NCBI GenBank assembly: GCA_022813965.1
Contig: JALDZS010000157.1
Location: 1-55,184, forward strand
Length of the DNA: 55,184 nt
Reading direction: 5' to 3'
From: Toensbergia leucococca
Lineage: Eukaryota
Part shown: in pieces, positions 1 to 11,296 of the stretch
How positions within the stretch are numbered: the first letter of the stretch is position 1
Layout of the letters: each line of letters starts with the position of its first letter
Notes under the pieces: generated by a model
What the model was told of the DNA's origin: nothing
Seen by the model: only the letters and a program-made list of their open reading frames with translations
Database searches by the model: none
Translations under genes and position numbers: made by a program

Positions 1-1322
1 ATTTCCTCAGAAGGGTTAATTTCCTTGAGAACCTCAGCGTTAGAAGGGGCCTTTCCCTTTCCCTTCAGAGGCGCCTTCTCCATCTCCCCCTCTTCCTTAG
101 AAACCTTATCAGTAGTGTAGACGATGTCCCCTCAATTGATCACCTTCTTCCATGCCTGCCCCAATTCTAGAAGTTCTAATGATAGTTCGGATCCTAATTT
201 TGCCGTATCGCATGCGGCGATTCCTTGAGACTTCAGGGCCCTAAGAAGCTTTGTGAAGGTGAAGAAGTTGTCAATGTAGATCACATACTCATTCCAGGGC
301 AAGGATTTCATGATGTTCATCACCACGGCCTGTGTGGGAGGGAGGCCTGGGTAGTCTTTTGATTCAATGATCTTTGACTTTTTGAATGCAAGTTGAAGGC
401 CACATATATAACTCTCACTAGATGCAACATAGATCTTGAATCCTCGTCGTGCTCGCTTGGTAGGAATCATCATGGTATGTTCAGAACGAGACTTGCAAAG
501 AAGCAATTGTTCATCAAAGGAGATGTCTCATCCTGATATGACATTCTGAATACAGGCCTTCTGAAAATGAGATCAGATAGGTTTCAATTTATTCATAAAT
601 TTAGAGGCTGCTTTGCCTTCTGTACCCGGATCAGATATCTTGAAAAACCTCTGAATTTGCTGCCATTGATACAAAGACATGAGCTTGAAGATCTCATAAC
701 ACATAGGGCTATCCTGAGCCTTTATTCAGTAATTCTCTATTCAAGGAAGTTTAACAAGTCTCATTTGCAGTTAAATATCAAGGAAGACCCGAATTTCTGA
801 GGCCTTGACCTGTTTTCATTGCTGACGGCGATTTTTATTCTCCTTCAATGGGCCCGTTGAATTTCGATAATAGTTAGAAGCTTGCCTGTTTGTATGTCTT
901 GCGAGTAATGGATAAATCCACTTAGGAAGAAAGAGCAGAAAGTAGTCCATCAGCTGTAGGGGCCCCTGATCCTCCCGATCCTGAATGGTAGTCTGAATGG
1001 CTCGCGGAGCAAATTGTAGAGGGGAATATCTGATATCTGGGGGTGGAATATCGGCCATTATCTCCTCCGCAGATCGCTTCCTCTTCTTGATTTGAAGCTC
1101 CTTAGGTAGGGTATCAGATACCCCTTCATTTTCAGTCTCATTGACTCGCATCTTGATGTTATGAGGGGTGTGATAGGTTATTGCGACCGAGGGGAAAAGA
1201 TTTGTTTACATGTTGACAAAAAGAAATTAGGTATGATCCTGATGGTTTGATTGGTTGCCCTACTCGGGCACTAAACACTACGGTGACACTAAGAGATGGC
1301 TGCCCGTATAACAGAGGAAGGG
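1..1322 (-). mobile_element. Degenerate piggyBac-family DNA transposon (transposase pseudogene), continuing past the left window edge
   Basis: Minus-strand translation gives piggyBac motifs: MSLYQWQQIQRFFKISD, SG*DISFDEQLLLCKSRSEHTMMIPTK..GFKIY (first catalytic D region) and VIYIDNFFT (second D). The N-terminal ORF is 816..1151. Several in-frame TGA stops (for example near 528-530) fit CGA/TGG->TGA transitions. The right boundary is tentative: minus strand CCCTTCCTCTG starting at 1322, without a canonical TTAA flank. Confidence 0.85.
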
Positions 1323-1682
1323 ATAGATTGAGAAAAAAAAAGAGGACACCTCACTGCATTTATAAAACACTTCTCTCTGCCTTTTGTTACTTTTCTTTGC
1401 TCAGTAAAAATGGTGATTGTGAATTGAGGGCAAGAGTGTGTCAATGTCAGAGTTTTGAGTTCTTTGTGTTAGGAAGGCCGGGCCTGATCTTTTCTTTTTC
1501 TGCCGTCTTGGAACTTCAAAGTCTTATCAATTGTGGTTTACAGCCTTCTTTGATAAGAGAGGTAAATCTATGATGCCATCGACTCTATGTGGTATCTTAC
1601 GACGCCTTACAGTCACTACACTATCTCGCCTCACTATTGGACTTCTTGCCTCATAATTGAAAGGCATGCTCATCCTTGGTGT

Positions 1683-1758
1683 TTTTCAATATATATGAGG
1701 CGTCCAAACGCCCGTGCAGGCATTTTCAATATATATGAGCCGTCCATACGCCCGTGCA
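1683..1758 (+). repeat. Two-copy 40-bp-period direct repeat containing TATATA, upstream of the GNAT gene
   Basis: ttttcaatatatatgaggcgtccaaacgcccgtgca (1683-1718) and ttttcaatatatatgagccgtccatacgcccgtgca (1723-1758), 2 mismatches. Confidence 0.9.
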
Positions 1759-1847
1759 CCTCTTTTCTTCTACCATAACCACCGCAACGTCAAAGTCACC
1801 AAAACACTTTATCGTTCATATTCAAGCAATAATCCATTCAAACAAAC

Positions 1848-2716
1848 ATGCCTCACATTACCAACCCTTCTCTGGCAGAAGCAGCCATCCGGCCGGCTAC
1901 CTTTGCCAACCTTGATGATATCCTAGCGATCTTCAAAGCCGCTGCACCCCTCGACCAAACCTTTCGCTACATCAATCAACACGCCCAGCAATATCCTGAG
2001 GACCTCATCAGGTACTGGAAGCTAGTCCACCATCTCTGGCTATCACCAAAGTATTCCGACTTTCACGTCATGGTGGCCGAGGCGCCAAGCCTGGAAGATA
2101 TGACGGTGACTAAGGTCATTGCATATGCAGTATGGAATGTCTCGTACCGCAACAAGCGACAATATGGCCCTAAACATAAGCCGCAAAATGGTAAGGCTCG
2201 CCAAAATCCTCCCTCTGCTTTTCTCCCATCTTCATTCTGCTGAGGGAAGGAGCGCTATACTAACGCCCTCATCTAGTCAACGCCGATGCGATAGCCCAAT
2301 TAGGTGGAGTCTCAGCCTGCAGAAACTCGAACCCAGAACGCCGGGCTGCAATGCTTGAAGCGCTCGGCAAAGCCAGCAAGAGACTCTTCGATGACGTCTA
2401 TGGCGCTGGCAATCATCTTGAACTTGTGCTCCTTAATACGCGTCCGGACTACATGCGTCATGGTTTTGGTTCAGCGTTGGTGAAATGGGGCATTAATCTG
2501 GCCAAGGAGGAGCACCTAGCGGCTATCTCGGTGATGGCTAGTCAAATGGGGATGCTTCTTTATGCTCATCTTGGTTTTAAACATCTGGAGCAGCTTGTGG
2601 TTCAAACACCAGGAGACACAGAGGCGGTGACTGAGGACTTCTTGACGCTTGAGCTTCAGGGCCATAAGCAGCAGCCTGAAAAAAATGAGTCTTCACAAGC
2701 TGTGAATGGTTCTTGA
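1848..2716 (+). CDS. GNAT-family N-acetyltransferase (2 exons; intron 2191..2276)
   Basis: The intron GTAAGG...CTAAC...CTAG joins ORFs 1848 and 2351 in frame. Motifs IRPATFANLDDI, VIAYAVW, LELVLLNTRPDYMRHGFGSALVKWG (acetyl-CoA motif A) and ASQMGMLLYAHLGF. Confidence 0.9.
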
Positions 2717-4193
2717 TGGTTTTTCACCTGGCGCATATATATAGTTGTAGGTAGGTGTGAGATATCTAAGACAGGTGGTGGTGGTGATGAGGTCTCAGCC
2801 TGTAGTATTGTAAGCTCAGTAAAATTTCCGTGTTCTTGAACCTTAAGCTTTAATTCAAAAGCTGAACATATTCAAATCTCATTCATTCCCAATCTTTGTC
2901 TCTGTGACAGACAGTAAAGCAAACTGTTATCGATTTCAAGACAAAACACATAGGGTAGCTACAAGAGAGACAGTGAGATTAATGACAGAAAAGAAGACAG
3001 CTCTCTTGAATCATAACAAGTAAGCGCAGTGATATGTGAAACAAAACAAAAAACTTAGAAAGTGAGACATTTCTCAATCCCTATAAGAGAGAGCTTAATT
3101 AGTATTCAGTGTTGAAGATAAGAAAGAATCAAACCCTTTATTAACAACATCACTTTTCATCAATGAGACATCTTATTGATGAGACTTCATTATTCATGAG
3201 ATGTATGCAAGGTGAGATCAATGGCGTACCTCATACATATCTCAAAATTGATGAGTTCTGTGCAGCGCTCAATTATTGAGGATTGCCGCTGACCAACGTG
3301 GGATCCTTCAAGCCACATCCCTTTTCATTTTTATTTTCGGGCAAATCACATTCTGTCTTGATAGCGCCACATCCCATCAGCAAGCCATCAGGCACAAACG
3401 GCTTCAATAACGTGCACTCATGCTCATGAACTCTGGGCTCAATACCTTGAAATAGTTGCGCCTCTCTTATTAGCAGGGGCAAAGGAGGTGAGCTGAAAGC
3501 ATGAGCTGATGGGAATCACGAAGTGAAACCACCTAGGACGGTTCGAGGATGAATAATATGGGCAAATATTGACGGATCCTGCGGCTGCTTTTTCTGTATT
3601 GGTCACCGAGTCAGTGGATCGATACGGCCCGTGTTTATGGTATTCATAGCGATCCATGCAAGACTTCTGCGGAGCTGGCCGTGATGACGCATCGTGCATT
3701 TTCGGAGGGAACCGTTCAGCTGATTATTGGCGCTTTGGTTACTGTAAATAGTATCAGTCAACAATAGATATGACTCGCTCCCTTTTCCCTGCGATTTCTT
3801 GCAATCAATGGTCCCTATTAAAGTGAAGGCCGCTCGTGAGCGAAAGAACCACCACAAAGCATTCTACCTTCACCAACAACTCAACATTTCAAGCCCATGC
3901 GGTCGAGTGATTGATTCATATCTTCCTGTATACTCTGAAACTCTCGCCCCTGCCAGGACTACTAACAAGCCTACGTGTTCGAATCGTGGTGAAAGTAAAT
4001 TGTTCCCATTGTACACCAGCACCGCACCGGTAGCTAGACTCAGATATGACTCGGACTTCGACAAAACATACTAATCTACTTAGCAAGGTAGCCGCCATGT
4101 ATGTACTATTAGTGTTTAGAGTTAGCTTAGCAAGTTGTGAGAGTGAAAAAAAACTGATATACAACCTTTTTTCGTGACAGACGCTCTCTGAAC

Positions 4194-5147
4194 ATGAGTG
4201 CCTCTACGCAGTGCGAGTGCCATTCTATGCACCCATCGATGATTTACACAACCACATTATCTCAGTCCTATCAGCAAGATTTAGTTCGTGTCAGGCAAAC
4301 TGCGGTATCAATGACTGAATCACACACAAACAATACTAACCGTTACCAGAGAGATGACGACACTGTCTCGGTATCCGAACATGAAAGAGAACCGGCCTTA
4401 TCTAGCACCATAAGGAGTGAAGGGAGAGAAATGCCACACGGGGAAATGAAGCATCAGACCGTCAAATGCTTCGAGAAAAGATTCTCGCAACCCGAAGCCA
4501 CCGCTGCGACCACCAGGATTGTACCAGACCCCACCGAGACACTGGTGGAGCAACTTCTAGCTTTGATATTGCGAGGCATACTAACCAACGCAAAAGACAC
4601 CCTCGGAATCCCTGGTGACAGTGGGAAGGACCTTGTGTATGTTGACAGAGTCACAAGAAGAGGGAAAAGCCCTGGGCCGATCGGAATAGAGGAAACTGGG
4701 GGATGGACGCAAATAATACAACTCATGAATGGCCAAGGACGATACAAGACAGGAAAACTTTTGGTGGATTCCCAGCTGACGTATGGAAACTTCATCAGCT
4801 GGGAACTGACTGACGAATTGGGATTAGAAACCGAGCCATGCGAAGAACATTGGCAAGGTGTAGACAGTACAATTACCTCAAGACGAAAGACTCACGTTTA
4901 TTACCAGGGGAACAGCGAGTCCGGTCGTGTCTACCACGACGATTTCTTCGTCATTGATACGTCTTGTTACGACGTTATAGTTGGGCAGGAGTGGATAGAT
5001 AGGCATCCGGAGATTATCCCAAGGCCTCGAGCTCTGCCAGTGATGCACAGAAAACAGTTGAAGGTAGCGCAAACGCAGGAAGAAGAGCGTAGAAAAAAAG
5101 CGCACAATGAGGAAAAGAAACGAATTGAGGCACAACGCAAGGTGTGA
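4194..5147 (+). CDS. Protein with a retropepsin-like (retroviral-type aspartic protease fold) domain and a charged C-terminal tail; the true start may be near 4311 (MTESH)
   Basis: LLVDSQLTYGNFISWELTDELGL ... FFVIDTSCYDVIVGQEWI matches the retropepsin pattern (hhD[ST]x..NFIS..L...LGL ... DhIhGxxW). Intronless 317-aa ORF. Confidence 0.7.
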   Translation: MSASTQCECHSMHPSMIYTTTLSQSYQQDLVRVRQTAVSMTESHTNNTNRYQRDDDTVSVSEHEREPALSSTIRSEGREMPHGEMKHQTVKCFEKRFSQPEATAATTRIVPDPTETLVEQLLALILRGILTNAKDTLGIPGDSGKDLVYVDRVTRRGKSPGPIGIEETGGWTQIIQLMNGQGRYKTGKLLVDSQLTYGNFISWELTDELGLETEPCEEHWQGVDSTITSRRKTHVYYQGNSESGRVYHDDFFVIDTSCYDVIVGQEWIDRHPEIIPRPRALPVMHRKQLKVAQTQEEERRKKAHNEEKKRIEAQRKV

Positions 5148-5594
5148 GAGGAGAGGGAACTTCAAGAGAGACGTACGCACGATCAACCAGGGAATCAGGC
5201 TCCGAGAAGAGGTCCGAAGCCTTAGATGCAAACCAATAGTGGTATTCATTGGTAATACCAAGAGAGGGGGAAATCGCACTATATGAGCAGCTTTGGCAGA
5301 TTGTAGGAGGTTGTAGGAATGAGCGACCATTGGATTTGGCCTTGGACTTTTGACGCTTTCATAGTTCACGGAGTCTTAAAAGCGCAACTCGACTGCCGTT
5401 GGCCTCCAGCTATGTGAGAGCGAGAATGGAACTTGAATCATCGTTTATGGGGTGTTTGGCTTGACTTAACAGTTTTGTTTAAGAATTACGCATCCACGCG
5501 AAAATCCTTGTCAAGTGTCAACCTATTCTTGTTGACTCGAGATCAACGAGTGCAACATCCAGTCTCTGTATTTGGGAAGTATTGTCGGTGAAGG

Positions 5595-6482
5595 CTAGGT
5601 TGGTGTAGGGCATGCGTTCCCGATGAAAACCACTTGCACACTAGCAAAACTATTGACAATGTCAGCATAGACTTTGACGAACCACGAGGACGTATCGTAC
5701 GCAGCCGCTGCAGCAAAGACTTCCACTCTCCTTGCCTTGGTCACTAAGAATAAAGTAAGAGAGAACAAGGACGTAAAGATGGTCACTATTCCCAGGCGAG
5801 TCAAGAGATTCGGCACGAAATAGAGGACAACGACTGAAGAGATTGGCAACAAAGATGACAGGACGGTACCGAATAGATCCGCTGCTCCGAGAAGCTTCTT
5901 GTCGTCGTATCGAACCAATCCTAGTTCAAGATCTGTAACGGCTTTCAGTCGATGCCCAACTACTCGATGGTAGAAGCGGATTAAGGGTCCGCAGAGCCAT
6001 CGTGAAAAAATATCATCTTGAACACGCGGGCTAGGGACTACCAAATCCGCGCCAGTCTCCCAAATGTCACTGTCGCGGCCTACTAAAGAACAGTTTCCCA
6101 TCCCCGGCTGCACAAGCCACCGCTTCAGAAATTCCAGATCTTTGAGATTCGGGGTTTCGAAGGAGTCGAGCAGCTTTTGCTGTAGTAAAAGACGGTCTGT
6201 ATCAAACAGTGAGTAGCAAAAGGCTATCTGCGGCACATTCACTGAATAAATTGATAGTGATGGACTAGAGGATCCTCGTACTGTATTTCTTGAGTTTCTT
6301 TCTGACACTGAGCATTGGTAATTGTCACATGCAAGTACCCGCTGCATACAGAAGGAGAGAACGACAGCCTTGGATTTAGGTTGGGGTGATGTCTTACTGG
6401 GCCTTGTCAACATACCCCCTCGACTGTAGTCACGGTCGAATTTGGGCCCGATGAGCGAGAAGGAAGACTTCAGGCTCTCCAA
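5595..6482 (-). CDS. DUF6594-like fungal membrane protein (C-terminal TM helices); 5' end unclear and possibly eroded
   Basis: Spliced RKKLKKY|DRLLLQQ, PNLKDLEFLKRWL, DIFSRWL, and a hydrophobic C-terminus LSSLLPISSVVVLYFV..RLGIVTIFTSLFSLTL..ARRVEVFAAAAA(F)ASVQVVFIG typical of this family. Introns at about 6206-6281 and 5652-5700. Confidence 0.75.
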   Translation of the reverse strand: MESLKSSFSLIGPKFDRDYSRGGMLTRPSKTSPQPKSKAVVLSFCMQRVLACDNYQCSVSERNSRNTVRGSSSPSLSIYSVNVPQIAFCYSLFDTDRLLLQQKLLDSFETPNLKDLEFLKRWLVQPGMGNCSLVGRDSDIWETGADLVVPSPRVQDDIFSRWLCGPLIRFYHRVVGHRLKAVTDLELGLVRYDDKKLLGAADLFGTVLSSLLPISSVVVLYFVPNLLTRLGIVTIFTSLFSLTLFLVTKARRVEVFAAAAAYDTSSWFVKVYADIVNSFASVQVVFIGNACPTPT

Positions 6483-7256
6483 AGCTTGGAAAGTATATGC
6501 CAGGACAATGCCAACTTGTCAATAGGAGTAGCTCGTTCCGGTGCGAGAGGTCTTCAGTCAATGCGATGTCTCAAGGCAGACTGGAAATCGAGAAAGACCT
6601 ACCACTTGAAGTAGACCTCCTGCCTGCTACGTGATCGGCGTAGGATGTGGCTGACTCTGCAACAGCCTGTCTAGGCTAGTCCAACGTAGCCTCATGCGGG
6701 CTGTAGCCGAGCTTGGGGCATGAGGCATTCTCCCAAATGAGATAGAGTGAGACGCCCCCAGCGTACCTAAGAGACAGCCTCTAGTATTGCATAGTAGAAA
6801 CTTGCCAGGTGACCAACTGATCTACTCTGTGGAAATGTACAAGTTACGATGCTAGGAAGATTTCATTGTCATTGAAGTTCTTTTGGCAAGCAATTTTCAG
6901 TGGTCGGCAGGAGGTTTGCTTCCATTTCCCCAGCTGTCTTCATGGAACTTGAAGCGTCGCGGTTATTCTAATTTGTTGTATCTTAATTAGATACTATCTA
7001 CTTCATCATTCAATATATGAGTCAATACTGAGTTAAAAGAAGCGGCCCTAAATGCACTCCTATTGGATCCGTTCCCAAGAAGTACAACCATGCAATATTT
7101 ATTACTCGATCCCTTTAGACAGCCGCAAGCAAAAGCAGCCCAAGTTCGAAACACACCCCCTTCTTCTTCTCGCACACAACTCTCTCGGCGACAAGCCGCC
7201 GCAACAACGACTTGATCCCTACCATCCAGCCCCCCACAGCATCCTTCCCTAACCGT

Positions 7257-9677
7257 TCAAGCCCCCACCAGAAACCCTGAAAAATACGCTTCCAGCCCCT
7301 CCACATTCTCCAGCTCCCCAATCCAAGCAACATGCTGATCAGGCCTGACAACCACCACGCAACCCCTCTCCTTACCAACACCATACCCCTCATAAGCATT
7401 CCCACTACCCTCATAGTAAGATTGCCCATCCACAAAAATCCGATTATAATCATACCCTAGCTCCTCATCGAAAGGCCGCAGTAATTCCGGAAAGTCGAGA
7501 AATTCGACCTGCTGCCTCGGTGCGGAGTGAATAGTTAAGATATCTGCAATGGGGACCTGATTGTGTGTCTCGCCATTGCTGATGCTTTTGAAGTTGTTTT
7601 GTAGTGGCATTGACGTAGATCTTGCTGCCATTTCTAGAGCGAACTCTTGTACGCGCTGCATGTGAGTTGGCTTGGAGACATCGCCGGCGAATAGAACAAT
7701 GTGGAAAAGACCATCCGCTTTGAGCCATTGCGCAAAGTGCCAAGAGCGAGCGTCGCAGTGGTTTACGACTTTGAAACTTGGGAAGCGCTTGCCGAGAGGG
7801 ATGTTCGTGGCGAGGTGTTGCTGACTGAGTTTTTGTGTTTGTCCGTTAATCCCTACGCCATTACCGACTTCAAGATGCAGAATACTGTGTTCTTTGGCTA
7901 TTAGTACACTAGGGCCGTACCCAACAGCGAAGCCAGCGGAGAAAAGTTGCTGTTTCACAAATGCACGCTCAAAGTCTGCCATTAAGACCCCCACTTTGTC
8001 TGAAACATCTTGTGTTGGTCTAGTTGAGAAGAGTTTGGAGAACATTTGATCAAAGGCAATTAGCTCCTGGGCGATGGCTCTCCGCTCTAATTCATAAGTC
8101 TTCAGGATTGATCGCTTAGCAATACCTTTAATGACAAGTGCAAGTTTCCAGCCTAGATTATACGAGTCTTGCATGCTGACGTTCATACCTTGTCCGGCTT
8201 TTGGAGAATGGGTGTGGATGGCATCGCCAGCAAGAAAAATACGTTCATTAGCGCTGAAATGATTGCCCACTCTCTGTCCAATCTGGTGGGCACGTTATAT
8301 AAGCTATGAAGGTCCCTACAAAGAAGAAGGCTGGGGTTGTATCATACCTGGTAGACAGTCCACCAATCACGATACTTGTATTCTAATTTGTACGGCCTCA
8401 AGATCTTCTGGGCAGCTTTGAGAATCGTGTCCAGGGTGATTTGTGAGCGATCAAAACGTCCATCGCTTCCTGACGTGACAGCACTGAGCTGACAATATAT
8501 TCTCACTAGCCGGTCTTCTCGAGGGATGAGCATGATAGTACCACAATCCGCGCTATGTATGGCGCAACGCGAACGGATATCGGCTGACTATGTTAGTTAT
8601 TGAGCAGAGTCTTCAACATAGGTATACTTACGGAAGTCTGTCAATGGGATGATGTCTATTCGAACCTCGATCAGCAGTTGTTTTTGATGTTTATTCCTCT
8701 CCACAGGTCCACCTCAGTCAGTCAGAAGCTCACCTAAAACGCCCCAAATATATTCTGTCTGCTCGCCTTCCATCAAGAAACCCAACTGCGCTCGTGTCCA
8801 GCTATGGGCTCCATCGCAGCCAATTGCATATTTAGCCTTTATTATCTTTTCACGGTCGCGCTCTTGCTCTTTATTCTGGGCGTAGCAGCTTCCAACGCCA
8901 TTTGGTGTGGAGGAACATAACGATGCCACCTTGCCTACTGGTCTAGTATTCACCGTAATTGGATATAAATTCTGATCTTCGGCTTTGGAACAATCATGTT
9001 TGATGTCTATAGGCATCATACCGCGTTGGATCTCAATTTTATTACATTTTTCAAGTGAGTCCAAGAAAATCTCTTCGATACGATGTTGAGCAAGTAGCAC
9101 CCCATTCGAGAACCGAGAGATTCCTGGAATTGTATTTGACATCCGTGAAGCCCGGCGAATCAAGCCGTCGTCACCTGGGTTCTGAATTGAGGGTTAAAAC
9201 ACTATTTTGACTTGCGATTGGAGAAGTAGGCCACTTGCCCACATACACATCTAGAGTATGCCCTAAATTAGCTGTTTGAGCGAGTCTACAAGCAGCACAA
9301 GTTGTAATTCACCTTCGCCATGTGACATGATTCTTTCCACACTTTGTCCACAATATCAAAACTGTCGAATATTTCCAAGGTTCGGCACTGTATGCCATCT
9401 GCTTGACCGGCTCGAACGTGAGCTTCGCGTTTGTCGACGACAAGAGTCTTGATGCCACAACGAGACATCCACAATGCGGCCATGAGCCTGGCAGCGGGTG
9501 TCAGCAAGAGCTAGAACAGATCAACTAGCGATGTCATACCCAGCGGGCCCAGCGCCAATGATTAGCCTGCAGAGTAATTCAGTAACTCTGACTCTCCTTG
9601 GCCTGAAGTTCGACTCACACATCAACCTCGCTTTCAAGCGGTGGCACCTTGGTGACGCTCTCAAGTGGTTGCGACAT
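7257..9677 (-). CDS. FAD-dependent monooxygenase, phenol 2-monooxygenase / hydroxybenzoate hydroxylase family (multi-exon)
   Basis: ATG at 9677 (MSQPLESV). Spliced DVLIIGAGPAGLMAA (FAD GxGxxG), GQADGIQCRTLEIFDSF, YAIGCDGAHSWTR, IFLAGDAIHTHSPKAGQGMNVSMQDSYNLGWKL, and a C-terminal thioredoxin-like dimerisation domain (VVVRPDQHVAWIG). The exon junctions I traced stay in frame. Confidence 0.95.
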
Positions 9678-9738
9678 CTTTGTGGCGAGAACAGGGTGTC
9701 CAGTAGTAATAAGTGAAAATATCCTTCGACCTCTCAAT

Positions 9739-9770
9739 GTGTGTGTGAGAGAGAGAAAGAGAGAGAGAGA
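9739..9770. repeat. Compound (TG)n(GA)n microsatellite just upstream of the monooxygenase ATG
   Basis: gtgtgtgtgagagagagaaagagagagagaga. Confidence 0.8.
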
Positions 9771-11296
9771 CGGACTGGTCTGCGGCCGCAGCAATGTAGA
9801 AGGCCTACTCTAATTTTGAGTTAAAGAAGACGAAATCTTTTGTCTGGAAGCATGCTCTATGCTCTCATAGCAATTCACCTGTCTGAGCAGTCTTCCTCAG
9901 GATTCATGTAGAGCTCCAATCCCAAGAGATATCAGCACGTTCCCAGATCGTCCAACTCTACACAAACATTGCTTTCTTGCGCAATCCCCACATCTTGCTT
10001 TCAAGCTGTGATGTGATTCACGGGGAAATCTTAGCATCGGAGAATTGTTGTAGACTACTGCAACGCTACCAAGACGATCGTCAGAAAGGTGTGGACGTGG
10101 GCAAGAGCTTTACGATAGCATTCTCCCATCTCCAGCCCTCGAGTAAAGATAGTATTCCTGAAAACGTGATTAAGATTTCCGACTCAAAACTAATTATAGT
10201 ACCGTATTGCACTAGTAATGCCTTAGTGCAGCCGCTTTGACACACGTCAATGTAAACTTCGTGGCCCTTGGTGTTGTGTGGATCAATCCTTGTCCACCCA
10301 ACTCTTAAGTCAACCACCATCGGGCATGCTGCACCGTCTTGGAAGCGTTGCAACTCGAGTCAGCATCATCATGGGGCTTTAAGCTCCGCACGGACAATTA
10401 CCATGTCCCTGAAAACCTTACAATTGCCTCCAAAAGGCGTGTAACGTCTCCGGGACTTGAGGCCAGCCACACCTTTATTGCCTCGACTCGGTTTTTTCGG
10501 CGTCCTCATACCTTTAAACAGCAGCAGGGGCTACATTCCCCTCACTAGCACGTCTAAGCCAACCATCATGCCAGCAAGCTCAGCACAGAAAAAAGCATAA
10601 TGATCGTGCACAGGGCAGCTACGTCTCCTAGCTTTGACATCCGCTCCAGAATACCATCTCCCACTGTCATCATGGTCCATCGGCGCGAAAACACCCATAT
10701 GCATTCAAAGGTTGATAGTTCTTCTGCGTGAGAGTAGGTCAATGCGCTGGATATCAGGCCTTGCGATGGTACATGCAAACGTGGGCTTCGATGCCGCGCT
10801 CATGATTGCTGGGTTCCTCTTCCGTCGTGCGAGGCGTTATGACCCTTACGATTGAGACAGAGGACACCGTGGGCAGCAGCGTGATGCTGGTCGGGGGCGG
10901 TTGGGTGTGGTGAATGGGGGCAATTAAAGTTACAATTAGAGTAAAATACTCTACCTCGGGTTTTACCAAGTACCCAGGCACTGAGGCTCGCCAGGTACGT
11001 GAAACTCGCCGCAAGAACCTCGCTCGACTGCGTTCCTGATGATCTAGATAAGGTGAAGGGGCCAGCATATCTAGTGGCTGGTTAATAAGACTTAGTATTA
11101 ATCATGTGTACAGAGCTCTAGAGAAAAATAAGGAGAAGAGCGAGGAAGCAATCTTCCACTGTCAGGGTGAAGAGTATGGTCATGATGAGGATGTTTTTAT
11201 TTTATTCACAAATTACTCTTAACTTATGAAGTTAACGAGTCGAAGGATGAAGCACAGCACTAGCAAGATCATAACAAAGACCCTTACTCAGTCCAT

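Noticed and set aside
12..20. AGGGTTAA resembling a piggyBac terminus with TTAA
   Set aside because: Wrong orientation for the 3' end of the minus-strand element, and it lies in sequence that reads as coding (EVLKEINPSEE).
1848..2716. GNAT acetyltransferase as part of the PAL/OMT/monooxygenase module
   Set aside because: Separated by about 4.5 kb and two unrelated genes; nothing in the sequence links it.
6690..6727. 9-bp stem hairpin gcctcatgc...gcatgaggc
   Set aside because: A single short stem is expected by chance in 55 kb, and there is no supporting context.
9800..11200. Short ORFs between the monooxygenase and OMT as a possible fourth cluster gene
   Set aside because: No recognisable domain or consistent splice model; at most an unidentifiable remnant.
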